Shown in pieces: positions 52,990 to 63,400 of a DNA stretch of 64,000 bases. The notes under the pieces were generated by a model. That model saw only the letters and a list, made by a program, of their open reading frames with translations. It did not search any database and had not been told where the DNA came from. The first letter of the stretch is position 1; every line of letters begins with the position of its first letter. Source of the DNA: an uncultured Nitrososphaeraceae archaeon (GTDB taxonomy: Archaea > Thermoproteota > Nitrososphaeria > Nitrososphaerales > Nitrososphaeraceae); the NCBI GenBank assembly GCA_963779615.1, contig CAVZZA010000005.1, positions 640,001-704,000 of the forward strand, given 5' to 3'. The position numbers and the translations under genes are program-made.

Positions 52990-54531
52990 CTATAGGTTTA
53001 TGTTCCCATGTTTTTTCCACGGACGGTGCTCTTTTTTGTTGGATAGCGCGTTCAAAGCATTGATTATCATTGGACGGGTTTCCATTGGGTCTATAACCAA
53101 GTCAATGGTGCCTCTTTCTGCGGCGATATAGGGATTTGCAAATTTGTTTCTGTAGTCCTTGGCCAGGTTTTTCTTGATTTCTATTGCGTCAGGTGAGTTC
53201 TTGAGGCTTTTTCTGTGCATAATGGTAATCGCCGCCTCAGGGCCCAGTACGGCAATCTCCGCGGTGGGCCAGGCATAGTTGATGTCAGTCCCCAAGTTCT
53301 TGCTGCCCATGGCAATGTATGCGCCACCATAGGCTTTTCCTATGATGCAGGTTATCTTTGGAACTGTCGCCTCGCAATAGGCATACAGCAGCTTGCTTCC
53401 ATGCCTGATAATCCCGTTGTGCTCCTGATCGGAGCCGGGCAAATACCCGGGCGTGTCAACAAGGGTTATAATGGGAATGTTGAATGAGTCACAAAAACGG
53501 ATAAACCTGGCGGCCTTGACGGAAGAGTGGATATCCAAAGCACCGGCCAAAAATGACGGTTGGTTTGCGATTATGCCCACCGAACTCCCGGCCAGTCTGG
53601 AGAAACCCACAACTATGTTTTCTGCGAACAGCTCATGAATTTCAAAAAAGTCTCCATCATCCACGATGGACTTGATTATTTCTTTAATGTCATAAGGGTG
53701 GTAGGGGTTGTCGGGCAAAATATTGACGATGTTTTGATCGATCCTGTTCAAGTCATCGTTGCTATCGAACCTTGGCGGCTCCTCTCTATTGTTTTGCGGA
53801 ATGTATGACAACAGCGTTTTGATTTTGTCCATGCAGTCAATTTCATCCTTGGCCACAAAGTGGGCCACACCGGATTTTGTCGCATGTGTTTTTGCCCCAC
53901 CCAGATCCTCAAATGTGACGTCCTGGCTCAAGACCTGCTTAACAACCTCAGGTCCCGTCACAAACATCTGGCCAACGTGTTCAACCATTATGACAAAATC
54001 AGTCATGGCAGGGGAATAAACCGCACCACCGGCGCATGGGCCTATACTTGCGGTTATTTGAGGGATAACGCCAGAAGAAAGGGCATTCTTCAGAAAGATA
54101 TCCCCATATCCATCCAGGCTGGACACGCCTTCCTGGATTCTGGCGCCCCCCGAATCAAGAATCCCAATGACTGGGCATCCAACCTTCATTGCATGGCTCA
54201 TGACTTTGGAGACCTTTTTTCCAGCCATTTCCCCTAACGATCCACCCAGAACAGTAAAGTCATAAACATACACAAAGACCTGCCTGCCGTTGATGGTTCC
54301 AAAACCGGTAAGTAGCCCATCCCCATAAAATTTTTTTAGTTCCGGATCATCGCTTCTGTGAGTGACAAACTTGTCCAGCTCTATAAAAGAGTTGGAGTCT
54401 AGCAACATGTTAAGCCTCTCGCGAGCTGTTAACTTTCCTTTTGAATGCTGGGAATCAATTTTGTCCTCACCCCCACCTGCCTCTGCAGTCGAATTTCGCT
54501 CATAAAACTGTTTTAGCTTTTCCTCATGCAT
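52990..54531 (-). CDS. pccB: Carboxyltransferase subunit of acetyl/propionyl-CoA carboxylase (3-HP/4-HB cycle)
   Basis: GKLTARERL, DSGGARIQEG, GPCAGGAVYSPA, KAYGGAY and KKHGNINL motifs. Confidence 0.93.
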   Translation of the reverse strand: MHEEKLKQFYERNSTAEAGGGEDKIDSQHSKGKLTARERLNMLLDSNSFIELDKFVTHRSDDPELKKFYGDGLLTGFGTINGRQVFVYVYDFTVLGGSLGEMAGKKVSKVMSHAMKVGCPVIGILDSGGARIQEGVSSLDGYGDIFLKNALSSGVIPQITASIGPCAGGAVYSPAMTDFVIMVEHVGQMFVTGPEVVKQVLSQDVTFEDLGGAKTHATKSGVAHFVAKDEIDCMDKIKTLLSYIPQNNREEPPRFDSNDDLNRIDQNIVNILPDNPYHPYDIKEIIKSIVDDGDFFEIHELFAENIVVGFSRLAGSSVGIIANQPSFLAGALDIHSSVKAARFIRFCDSFNIPIITLVDTPGYLPGSDQEHNGIIRHGSKLLYAYCEATVPKITCIIGKAYGGAYIAMGSKNLGTDINYAWPTAEIAVLGPEAAITIMHRKSLKNSPDAIEIKKNLAKDYRNKFANPYIAAERGTIDLVIDPMETRPMIINALNALSNKKEHRPWKKHGNINL

Positions 54532-54615
54532 ATATTATGTTTTTAATCCTTGAATTATTTAATATAGACTTTGCGATAGGATTAAATAATCAAACTATAA
54601 ACAAATAAAAAATCT

Positions 54616-54672
54616 TTCAATAAATTACAATGTTTCACGCAAATCGTTCAATAAATTAAAATGTTTCACGCA
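54616..54672. repeat. 26-bp direct repeat pair upstream of the carboxylase operon
   Basis: TTCAATAAATTACAATGTTTCACGCA (54616-54641) and TTCAATAAATTAAAATGTTTCACGCA (54647-54672). Confidence 0.8.
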
Positions 54673-54883
54673 CTTCACGCAAACCCTCTCTACCACCATA
54701 TGCGCGTCTGAAATAACCCATGCCCCGGTTATAGTTATCATATAGTGATTCCAGTGTTTCCATCTCCATTTTTACAAAATCTATTTCAAATGTGGACGAT
54801 TTGCTGTTGCTTTGCAACTGCTGAAGTTTGTTGAATTTTTCTGCCAGTAGCCTACTCACATTATATTCATACTCGCTTGACAA
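54656..54883 (-). CDS. Small hypothetical protein (start uncertain, may extend to ~54950)
   Basis: 75-aa ORF ending YNRGMGYFRRAYGGREGLRE; the frame stays open a short distance upstream. Confidence 0.5.
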   Translation of the reverse strand: MSSEYEYNVSRLLAEKFNKLQQLQSNSKSSTFEIDFVKMEMETLESLYDNYNRGMGYFRRAYGGREGLREVRETF

Positions 54884-55141
54884 TAACTCGTAATCTTGGG
54901 TTTCTTTACATTTTAACCTTTTCTTTCTTTTCCCCTTTTCTTGTGTTCATCACATCAACCAAATCAACAAAAGTTTGGCTTCTGTTAAAAACGAAGAACG
55001 GAGCAACCAGCAAATTGTCAGTTAGTAAGTTAGTCAACAGGTGTGTAAGTGCATAACCTATTGTGTTTGTAAACAATCGTTTTTGTTCCAGCAATGGTTG
55101 CAGCAATCGTTTGAGCATTACCGTGTATTTGAGTTTACCAA

Positions 55142-55732
55142 TTAATTAACAAATTGGCCCATAAACCTCCTTTTGTAGCTTTCATACACACCGTTGTCAA
55201 AATTTTCAAGGCAATAGCTGCAATAAACAATGTCTGAATTGCTGTTATACTTTTCGCATAGCCTTGACAGTGATTTCATCAACTCATTGTTGAAATCCAC
55301 ATACCTGGAGCAAATAAAGCACTTTATCTTCTTGTCCCTTTTTTTAAAAATGCTATTGCCATTTTCATAGGCATTATTGTCAACACCAATGCTGCTGCTG
55401 CTGGCGTTGGTAGTGGCGGCGGCGGCGGCGGTAGGCTTGCCATTTTTTTCACCTGAAACCCTGGCGGCATCAGCAGCAGCACTATCGGAGGATATTCCCT
55501 TTGGATCCAGTGAGGATTGGGAGGGGGAGGGGGAGGGGGAGGATGAGGGGGAGGGCAAACGCTGTGGGAGAAACAAAGAATCATAGCATGATTGGTGCAG
55601 AACAGATTTGGAGAGTTTGGACCAATACCCATACTCTCCGGAATTTAGTTTTTTCCTACAGCTTAAACAAAGTCCACTGAACTTTATGGATATTTTTATC
55701 CAATCGTTGGTTGACAAAACATCCTTATCCAT
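55142..55732 (-). CDS. Hypothetical protein with CxxC/HxxC zinc-ligand motifs and low-complexity linker
   Basis: CLSC, HQSC, CFIC and CSYC motifs flanking an SP/A-rich linker. Confidence 0.7.
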   Translation of the reverse strand: MDKDVLSTNDWIKISIKFSGLCLSCRKKLNSGEYGYWSKLSKSVLHQSCYDSLFLPQRLPSPSSSPSPSPSQSSLDPKGISSDSAAADAARVSGEKNGKPTAAAAATTNASSSSIGVDNNAYENGNSIFKKRDKKIKCFICSRYVDFNNELMKSLSRLCEKYNSNSDIVYCSYCLENFDNGVYESYKRRFMGQFVN

Positions 55733-55836
55733 TGAGGTACAATGTAAAACGGATCAAAAAAGATAAAAATATTACGTTGCCCATCCAGCGCCTGAACATC
55801 ATCATCACCCTCATCTTTACTCTCATAATCATTGTG

Positions 55837-57113
55837 TCATCTTTTTTTTATCCTGTCCATCTCCTTGCGCAGTATTTCGTTTAGTTTGGCAGCGGTGTCA
55901 TCATCATAGTGCTGCTCCTCCCCCCCTCCCCGTCAAAGGAAAGAGCGGTATCGGTAGCAGTGTGGTAATTGAGGTCCTTTAGTGTGTAAATCAAAGGCAA
56001 AAAGTAAAACATTCCAACGGCACTGGAGTTGGTATGGAAAACCTTTGATAACGCTTTGCAAAGCATTTTCGTGGATTGACCCCTTATGAATATAGACCCT
56101 ATCAGAGGAAATGGAATGTTGTATTGGCTGTATTTTATGCTTAGGCCTCGGGTGACATTGAATAGTTTTGAAACAAGCATGTCATTGGCATATCTTAACA
56201 AATGCCAATTTCTATTTCTAAAAATTTTGTTAAGGTACAAATCAACCTCAGAAAGCCCGTCCAATATCCTTGCCATATCCATGGTGGATATTTTCCCTTC
56301 GTTGGCGACAATACTCGAAAACAGCGCGTAAACTATATCCCTCACTCGCTCTTCGGGGGAGTAGCCATATTTTGGCGATATGTAAATGACATCTGAGCGA
56401 ATCAAAACCATTTTTGCCTGTGACATGGTTTCCGCAGAAAAAAACAGGTTGACGCATTCATCCACAGGCAGATTGTCTGGGAGGTTTTTATTGGATTCAT
56501 ACTCACCCTGCAGTTTGGATTGGGCAAGGTTTAACAGGGAACGCACATCACCGTTGCTCTTTTCAATCAACTCTATCTTTTGGTCAGGTTCTAGCGATCT
56601 GCCTTCTGTCGCAAGAAGGTTTTGCAGCAAAAGATAGCATGAGAAGGGGGATAGTGGAAGAAACTCTATCGTTTTGCTGTTTTTTATCAATTCCCTTATC
56701 TTGGAGTTTTTTGAATTTGCGGCCATTACAATAGGAATGTTGGAGGTTTTCAGGGTGGAAATCAAAAAGGATAACCCCCCATAATCGTCCCGTCCAGATA
56801 TTCCATCCACCTCATCCAAAAACAGCAATATCTTTTTTCCGAAAATGCTGGTGTTGTCCAGCAGGGGTTGCACAATAGACTCCAAATTTGCTTTGTTTCG
56901 CAAATCACTGGCGTTTAGCTCAACAAGATCATAATTTAAAAAATTTGCCATGGACATGGCGAAAGACGTTTTGCCGGTACCGGCCGGGCCCATCAGCAAA
57001 AGGGGTTTTGTCCCCTTCATCCAGTTTTTTATCCATTTAAGCGCATCCAGTCTTGGTTTTTCGTTTCCGACAAACTGGTCCACATTTTTAAAACGGTATT
57101 TCTCAGACCACAC
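55837..57113 (-). CDS. rfcL: Replication factor C large subunit (apparent frameshift in C-run ~55920-55932)
   Basis: WSEKYR, Walker A GPAGTGKT, ELNASD, LDEVDG and NGDVR motifs. A natural-looking C-terminus (..DDDTAAKLNEILRKEMDRIKKR*) ends at 55837 in another frame. Confidence 0.88.
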
Positions 57114-57133
57114 AATAATCCCCTTTCACAGTT

Positions 57134-58291
57134 TCACAGGTTAACGATTTTTTTGTTGTCGACATCTTTCTGAAATCGGGTCAAAAGGTCCCCCCTGTTG
57201 GACAAAAGCTCCCGATGCCAGAATTCATTGTAGTGGCTCACGGTTAAAAACAGAAAACCAAGGAACGGCTTGATTTCAAAATCGTCGTCAAGCATATTTA
57301 GGGCCGAGTACGCCTCAGAAAGGTAGGAGCAGCTTTTTTCAAGCGTCAGTTTAAAACCCCTTCTGACATCCCCGGTAGTAATCGAATAAAACAAGGGCCA
57401 CGAAGGGGACTTTATTCCGTTGGTGGCAATGGCGTCTTGGATTTCATTACCACAACCCACACATTCAGCGGCTTTTGCCATACCGATATAGTAGATTTCC
57501 GAGAGGGGCGGCTGGTTTAGGCTCATGTTTTTTCCAGCGGTGCCAAGAATTGCCCGATATTTTTTGTAACTCCGCTCAAGGTTGTCATAGCTTAAACTTC
57601 TTATGCCGACCTTCATTTCATAGTCAACTTGCTGTCCGTCTAGTGCGTCTTTAAAACCTTTTTCAAACTCACGGTAAACCTCGCTTCCTGCATTTGAGAT
57701 TTTTTGCTTTGCCAAGAGCAGGATATAGGGGTTCAAGAATTTGTAGTCGTCAAGGTAATCCACGTCCTCGTCTTTATCAACAATTCTGTCCATAGGCTCA
57801 CTCAAATCAATTGCGATCAAGTGCCCATCAACAACAGAATTTCGCAGTCCAAGAAGCGATGGATCCTTCTTAAAACTCACGTAGCCGTCATACAAAGAGT
57901 AAAAGACAGGGAATGTCATTTTTACAAAGTTAGAGTTAAGTATCCTTTTTATGCGGTCATGCAGAAGGTTGCCATTGTCTTTTATTAGTTTATTTTTAAC
58001 CACATCAAAGTCTTTGGAGTCAAGTCTAAGGTCATTCGAGCCGCCGCCTCCTATTTCTTTGATGAATTCATCATGGGTGGCGATAGGGGAGGAATCAGAT
58101 TTTATTAGACTGCAAACATCATGCTGAAAACGTAAAACAAAATCACCGTACTCTTTTTTTGACAGCTCAGCGTATTTTTTAAACTGCTGGTAGCCTTTGT
58201 CTTTTAGCATTCCTTTTTTTATAATTTTTCTTCCAGAGCATGTCTTCAAAAGATTAGTTTTTTTGAAAACATAGTCATCTTTACCGCTCAT
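57134..58291 (-). CDS. Hypothetical protein in core gene context
   Basis: 385-aa ORF between rps7 and rfcL; predicted all-helical; function not recognised. Confidence 0.75.
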   Translation of the reverse strand: MSGKDDYVFKKTNLLKTCSGRKIIKKGMLKDKGYQQFKKYAELSKKEYGDFVLRFQHDVCSLIKSDSSPIATHDEFIKEIGGGGSNDLRLDSKDFDVVKNKLIKDNGNLLHDRIKRILNSNFVKMTFPVFYSLYDGYVSFKKDPSLLGLRNSVVDGHLIAIDLSEPMDRIVDKDEDVDYLDDYKFLNPYILLLAKQKISNAGSEVYREFEKGFKDALDGQQVDYEMKVGIRSLSYDNLERSYKKYRAILGTAGKNMSLNQPPLSEIYYIGMAKAAECVGCGNEIQDAIATNGIKSPSWPLFYSITTGDVRRGFKLTLEKSCSYLSEAYSALNMLDDDFEIKPFLGFLFLTVSHYNEFWHRELLSNRGDLLTRFQKDVDNKKIVNL

Positions 58292-58411
58292 AGAACAACC
58301 TTCTTTTTAGGAAATGAAAATAAATGATTTGGAAAAGGGTAAGAACCTGGCTGTATCTCTCTTTCTGTGTGTGTTTGTGTCTGCGTATGTATACCTATAT
58401 GCCTATATGCA

Positions 58412-59020
58412 TTATCTTGATGACATGGCTATTCTTTCTTGTTCATTTTTCTTTTTTATTGCATAGCTGTTCATGTCACTGTTGGACGCCAAGATAATTT
58501 CTTTTGCCAATATCTCTTCAATTGCGTGAGGATTGGAGTATGTCGAAATTCTTACACCTTCTGCTATAAATCGCAGGGCAAGGTCAACCCTTCGCAAAGG
58601 AGAAACATCCACAGAAACGTGATACACCACACCACCGTACACTATACGTGTTGTGTCTTCATTTGGGGCGGTATTTTCTATTGCACGAATCAGCATTTCA
58701 ACAGGGTTTCTGCCGGTTTCCGCATATATGATCTCAAGGGCAGTTTTTACAACGTTTATCACCCTGGCCTTTTTGCCACCCATCCTACCGGTGTTTTTGG
58801 CATATCTTTTGCCAAAGTGCATCAACTTGTTTGCCAGCCGTTCAATAATGTGAACCTCGGATTTTTTTAGCCTTTGGTGTTCATGCCTTCCAAAGGTTAC
58901 AGGAATTGTCATGAATGGACTTATAAATATAACATTTTTTAGACCGATGTCATTGATGTCTATTTCACTTGTATCCCATTTGTTAAACAGCAGCATGTTG
59001 ATTTGTTCTTTACCACTCAT
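58412..59020 (-). CDS. rps7: 30S ribosomal protein uS7
   Basis: LFNKWD, IIERLANKLM, VDVSPLRRVDLAL and SYAIKKKNEQERIA motifs. Confidence 0.97.
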   Translation of the reverse strand: MSGKEQINMLLFNKWDTSEIDINDIGLKNVIFISPFMTIPVTFGRHEHQRLKKSEVHIIERLANKLMHFGKRYAKNTGRMGGKKARVINVVKTALEIIYAETGRNPVEMLIRAIENTAPNEDTTRIVYGGVVYHVSVDVSPLRRVDLALRFIAEGVRISTYSNPHAIEEILAKEIILASNSDMNSYAIKKKNEQERIAMSSR

Positions 59021-59023
59021 TTG

Positions 59024-59464
59024 CTATCGCCTTGGTTTCTCTTTTTTGCCTATAACTAGCTGATTAAGTGAAACACCATTGACCTTAAAAACCTGCCATC
59101 TTACTCCAGGAATATCACCCATAGCACCACCCATGGATCCACCTATGCCTTCCAGAATAACCTCATCATGCTCATCAACAAAATTCAAGGCACCGTCCCG
59201 AGGAAGAAAAGCTGTTATTGACTTGCCGTTCTTAATCAGTTGGACACGGACACACTTCCTCACCGCGGAGTTAGGCTGTTTGGATTCAATACCCACTTTT
59301 TCCAGAACAATGCCTCTTGCTTGTGGAGCACCTTCTAATGGATTAGCCTTTTTGTCAAGCATCAGCATTCTTCTTTTGTAATATTTGTTTGACCATCTTT
59401 GACGTTTTCTTTTTGATTTTAAAACTCTACCTGAGAATAAGCCTAATGGAGATTTACTCAACAC
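59024..59464 (-). CDS. rps12: 30S ribosomal protein uS12
   Basis: [15 protein letters not shown] and GDIPGVRW motifs. Confidence 0.98.
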   Translation of the reverse strand: MLSKSPLGLFSGRVLKSKRKRQRWSNKYYKRRMLMLDKKANPLEGAPQARGIVLEKVGIESKQPNSAVRKCVRVQLIKNGKSITAFLPRDGALNFVDEHDEVILEGIGGSMGGAMGDIPGVRWQVFKVNGVSLNQLVIGKKEKPRR

Positions 59465-59467
59465 ACA

Positions 59468-59938
59468 TCACATGTTTTCACTTTTAATTAATTGTTCCGG
59501 ACTCAAAACTAAAACATTTGATATGTTGAAATACCTCTTTGCAAGAATTCGAGCCTTATCTACATTTCTTCCGTCTTTTCCAACTATAAGCCCTTTTTTC
59601 TTCATGTCCACCACAACGACAGCACTCTTTGTGCCTTCCACCCGTTCACTGATTTTTACATCTTGGACCATATCGGAGTTAAATATATTTTTAATAAAAT
59701 TAACTGGAATCTCAGAATACTCAACCAATTCAATTTTTTTTGTTATCACATTTTGTAGTTGTTTAATGTTGTAACCACCTTTTCCTATGGCCATGCCCAT
59801 TTGACCCTTGTTGACAACAAAAATAACTCGTTCCATCTTATCATCGATGACGCAATCCCTTGCTACCGCGGTAGTGATTGTTTGAAATAACGACAGGTAA
59901 CTAAACTCATCAGGTGTCAGTTTAATTTTTTCACTCAA
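59468..59938 (-). CDS. nusA: Archaeal NusA-like KH-domain transcription factor
   Basis: MGMAIGKGG and GLIVGKDGRN KH motifs; canonical position between rpl30e and rps12. Confidence 0.93.
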   Translation of the reverse strand: MSEKIKLTPDEFSYLSLFQTITTAVARDCVIDDKMERVIFVVNKGQMGMAIGKGGYNIKQLQNVITKKIELVEYSEIPVNFIKNIFNSDMVQDVKISERVEGTKSAVVVVDMKKKGLIVGKDGRNVDKARILAKRYFNISNVLVLSPEQLIKSENM

Positions 59939-60155
59939 TCCATGTTACACCCTTCACAACACAAAAATAACATCTTCAAGTATAAATAATTCTCTTTTGC
60001 ATGTCCCAATTTAAGTCTATTTTCAAAGTGCAAGAAATGGCTGGACTGAATCATCATTTGTAAAGGCTTTTTCCAACTAACCATACACATCCATAAAAAC
60101 ACAAAAGGATAAAAAAAAGGATAAAAAAAATAAAATGGATAAAAAAATGATAATC

Positions 60156-60461
60156 CTACATGGCGCTTAAAATGGAGTTCACTTCTTCTTCAGGGGCATT
60201 TTTTAACGACACCATGCTCGTTCCATAGGATAAACTGCACAAGCGGCCAAGCGAAATTGAGTTGCCAGGGTGTTGGTATAATGGGATATTGCTTGCTTCC
60301 GATATTTTTTTTATTTTATCCAGCGTTTGGACAGGCAAATTATTGGAGTACAGGATAAGATTGGTGCCTTTTATGTATTGCAGTACCTCTTTGGTCCCAG
60401 TTTTTATTTTTTTTTCGGTTACTGCGTCTTTAAGTAATTTTTTTAGTTTCTTTTCGTTCAC
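60156..60461 (-). CDS. rpl30e: 50S ribosomal protein eL30
   Basis: L7Ae/L30e fold (TGTKEV, GNSISLGRLC); directly downstream of the RNA polymerase largest subunit. Confidence 0.88.
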   Translation of the reverse strand: MNEKKLKKLLKDAVTEKKIKTGTKEVLQYIKGTNLILYSNNLPVQTLDKIKKISEASNIPLYQHPGNSISLGRLCSLSYGTSMVSLKNAPEEEVNSILSAM

Positions 60462-60477
60462 ATGCCATCACCATCTA

Positions 60478-63400
60478 CTATTCCTTTACACTCATATAAA
60501 GATCAATCATCCCTGTGCCCACAGGTACGGTTGCCCCCACTATAACATTTTCAGTGACCCCTTTTAGTGGTTCAATTTGGCCCTCAACAGATGCTCTTGC
60601 TATTGTTGGAACAGTAATTTCAAATGCGGCTCTTGCCAGCACGGAGGTTTTTGTCCCAGCAATACCGTGACGACCAATTTGTTGCAGGTAGCCTTTGGAC
60701 GTCATCAGGTCTGCAACCAGCATGATGTGCCTTATGTCAACCTCCAGCCCTTGTTCCTCCAAAGTGTTTGTTATTTCCTTAACAAGAGCGGTTCTTGCGG
60801 CCTCTATTCCCAGGGTCTGCCATATCTCAAAAACATTGTTTGTGGTGATTCTGGACAGGTCGACACCTTCGATCAGAATCACTTTGGCCAGGTTGGACCC
60901 GGAAGTTTGGATTACCCACTCCTCATTTTGTTTTACAATCGTGACTCTCTCGATATCGGGAACACCCTTAACCCTGCCATTCAATAGCTTGTTTCTCAGG
61001 GTCAGCAATGTTTGGGCATCAGGCTCCTCGGATAAGGTTATCTTGATTACTAAACTGCTTTCATCTACAGAAACATCATACCTTTTTTTGGAGCTTTTCA
61101 GCACCTCATGGATGTCATTGATATTGGTTCCCCTATCAGCTATTTTTTTATCGGAAAAATAAAACGACAGGACACCACTGTAGTCTGTATCCACTTTGAT
61201 TATCAAATCGGAAATTCTGGTGAAAATGATCCTCTTTGCCACCTCTAATGCTTTTTCCCTAGACAGCCTGTGCTCCTCATCAAGATAAATATCCATTGTT
61301 GGGGTGACAGGTTTTTTCCTGGCATCAACCAGCTCTATCAGTCGGGGCAATCCCAATGTCACATTTCTTTCCTTGACACCTGCAAAATGAAAGGTTCTAA
61401 GGGTCATTTGGGTTCCAGGCTCACCTATTGACTGTGCGGTGACTACACCCACAGCTTCTCCAGGCTCTACCATGGCCTTTTCAAACAAATCAACAATTTT
61501 GGATACGACTTTTTTTAGTCCCGGTTTGCTTAGCGGGTTGGTAGACAAGGCACTTTCAATGGTGGAACGCATCTTTGGATTCATTTTGTCCTCGTATTTC
61601 CCTAGAATTTCTTTTATCTGGTTTTCATCTGCTTTTGGACCCTCGTCAATGACTGACTCGGCCTCCACCAGCCTGTCGATATTTACAGCCTCACCATGAT
61701 CGCTCTTTGCAGGATCGATTCCATCATCTCCATAAACAAACTGAATAAGGTTTCCATGAGGGTCTCTCACGGTGAGATCATACTCGGCTTTTAAGTGCTC
61801 CAGGGCATTGATGAGCCTTCTTTGCATGTACCCTGACTGTTGGGTTCGAACGGCAGTGTCCACCAAGCCTTCCCTACCGCCCATGGCATGGAAGAAGAAT
61901 TGTATGGGATTGAGTCCATCCCGGTAGTTGGATTTCACAAAACCCTTTGAATCCGGGTTCTGTTCACCGGGTTTGAAGTGGGACAAGGCCCTGTTTCTGT
62001 ACCCTTTAATTATTCTTTTGCCACGAATGGATTGCTGGCCCAATGCAGCAGTCATTTGTCCGATGTTTAGGGTCGAACCTCTGGCACCTGTAGAGGCCAT
62101 AATTACCCCCGAATTGTCATCAGGAAATGACCTGTCGGCGGTTTTTCCTGCCCTGTCCCGGGCACGTGAAAGCTCATTGACTACATAAAGTTCAAGGGCC
62201 TCCTCAGGTGATAAGCCCCGGGTCAACGGCAAGGTTCCTTCCTTGTACTGCAAAACCAACTCGTTTATTTTACTGTATGTTTTGTCAATCACATCCAAAA
62301 TCTCTTGCCTAGTCTCATCATTTAACCAAAGGTCAGAATACCCATAACTGAATCCCCTGTGCGTGATGTAGGTTTTTAGCATTATCAAAATGGAATCCAA
62401 AAACTTTCTGGCAACATCATTGCCATAGTCTTTGGCGATACGGTGAAGCACACTGTCAGGCTCTTCCGCACCTATCGAGGCTTTGTCAATCACACCGGAA
62501 ATGAGTTGCCCATTCTTTATCACAACATCCTTCCCCTGCCTTTTGGAAGACTTGTTCCATTTTGAAGAAATGACAAAATTAAAGTCTTTGGGCAAAAATA
62601 ACGAAAACAACTGTTTGCCGCTATACAAAGGTATGCCATCTTTTTCCGACTGTGGTTTAGGTAACGGGCCATTGTAGCCTCCCAGGTAAGATAAATTGGC
62701 AATCTCATCGGCAGTTAAGAAGGTGTCATCACGGGTCAGCAGGAATGCCCCGGTAATAAAATCACGAATGCCTCCGATTATTGGGCCTCCATACCTCGGG
62801 GATATAATCTGATCTTGGACCCTCATTAAAAGTGCAGCCTCTGCTCGAGCTTCCTGGCTTTGAGGCACATGCAGGTTCATTTCATCACCATCAAAGTCAG
62901 CATTATATGGAGGACAAACTGCAGGGTGTACTCTGAATGTGCGATACGGCAAAACCCGCACATTATGGGCCATGATAGACATTCTGTGCAATGATGGTTG
63001 TCTGTTAAATATTACAATGTCACCTTCCAGCAAATGTCTTTCCACAGTATACCCCATAACCAGGGAATCTGCAATGCCAGTCCGGTCTGCCACATATTCT
63101 AACCGTATTTTTACGCCATCTGGTCGAATTATATAGTTGGCTCCAGGATAAACATTGGGTCCGTTTAAAACAAGGCTTTTTAGCTTGTCTATGTTCCATG
63201 ACGAGACTGTTTCGGGTATCGTAAGTTTTTTTGCGACATCACTGGGAACCCCTACGTCGGAGATGTTCAAATTCGGATCAGGTGAAATGACGGTCCTGCT
63301 GGAAAAATCAACCCTCTTACCCGACAGTGAGCCCCTAAAACGACCTTCCTTGCCTTTCAATCTTTGGGTTATTGTTTTAAGGGGCCTTCCGGAACGATGA

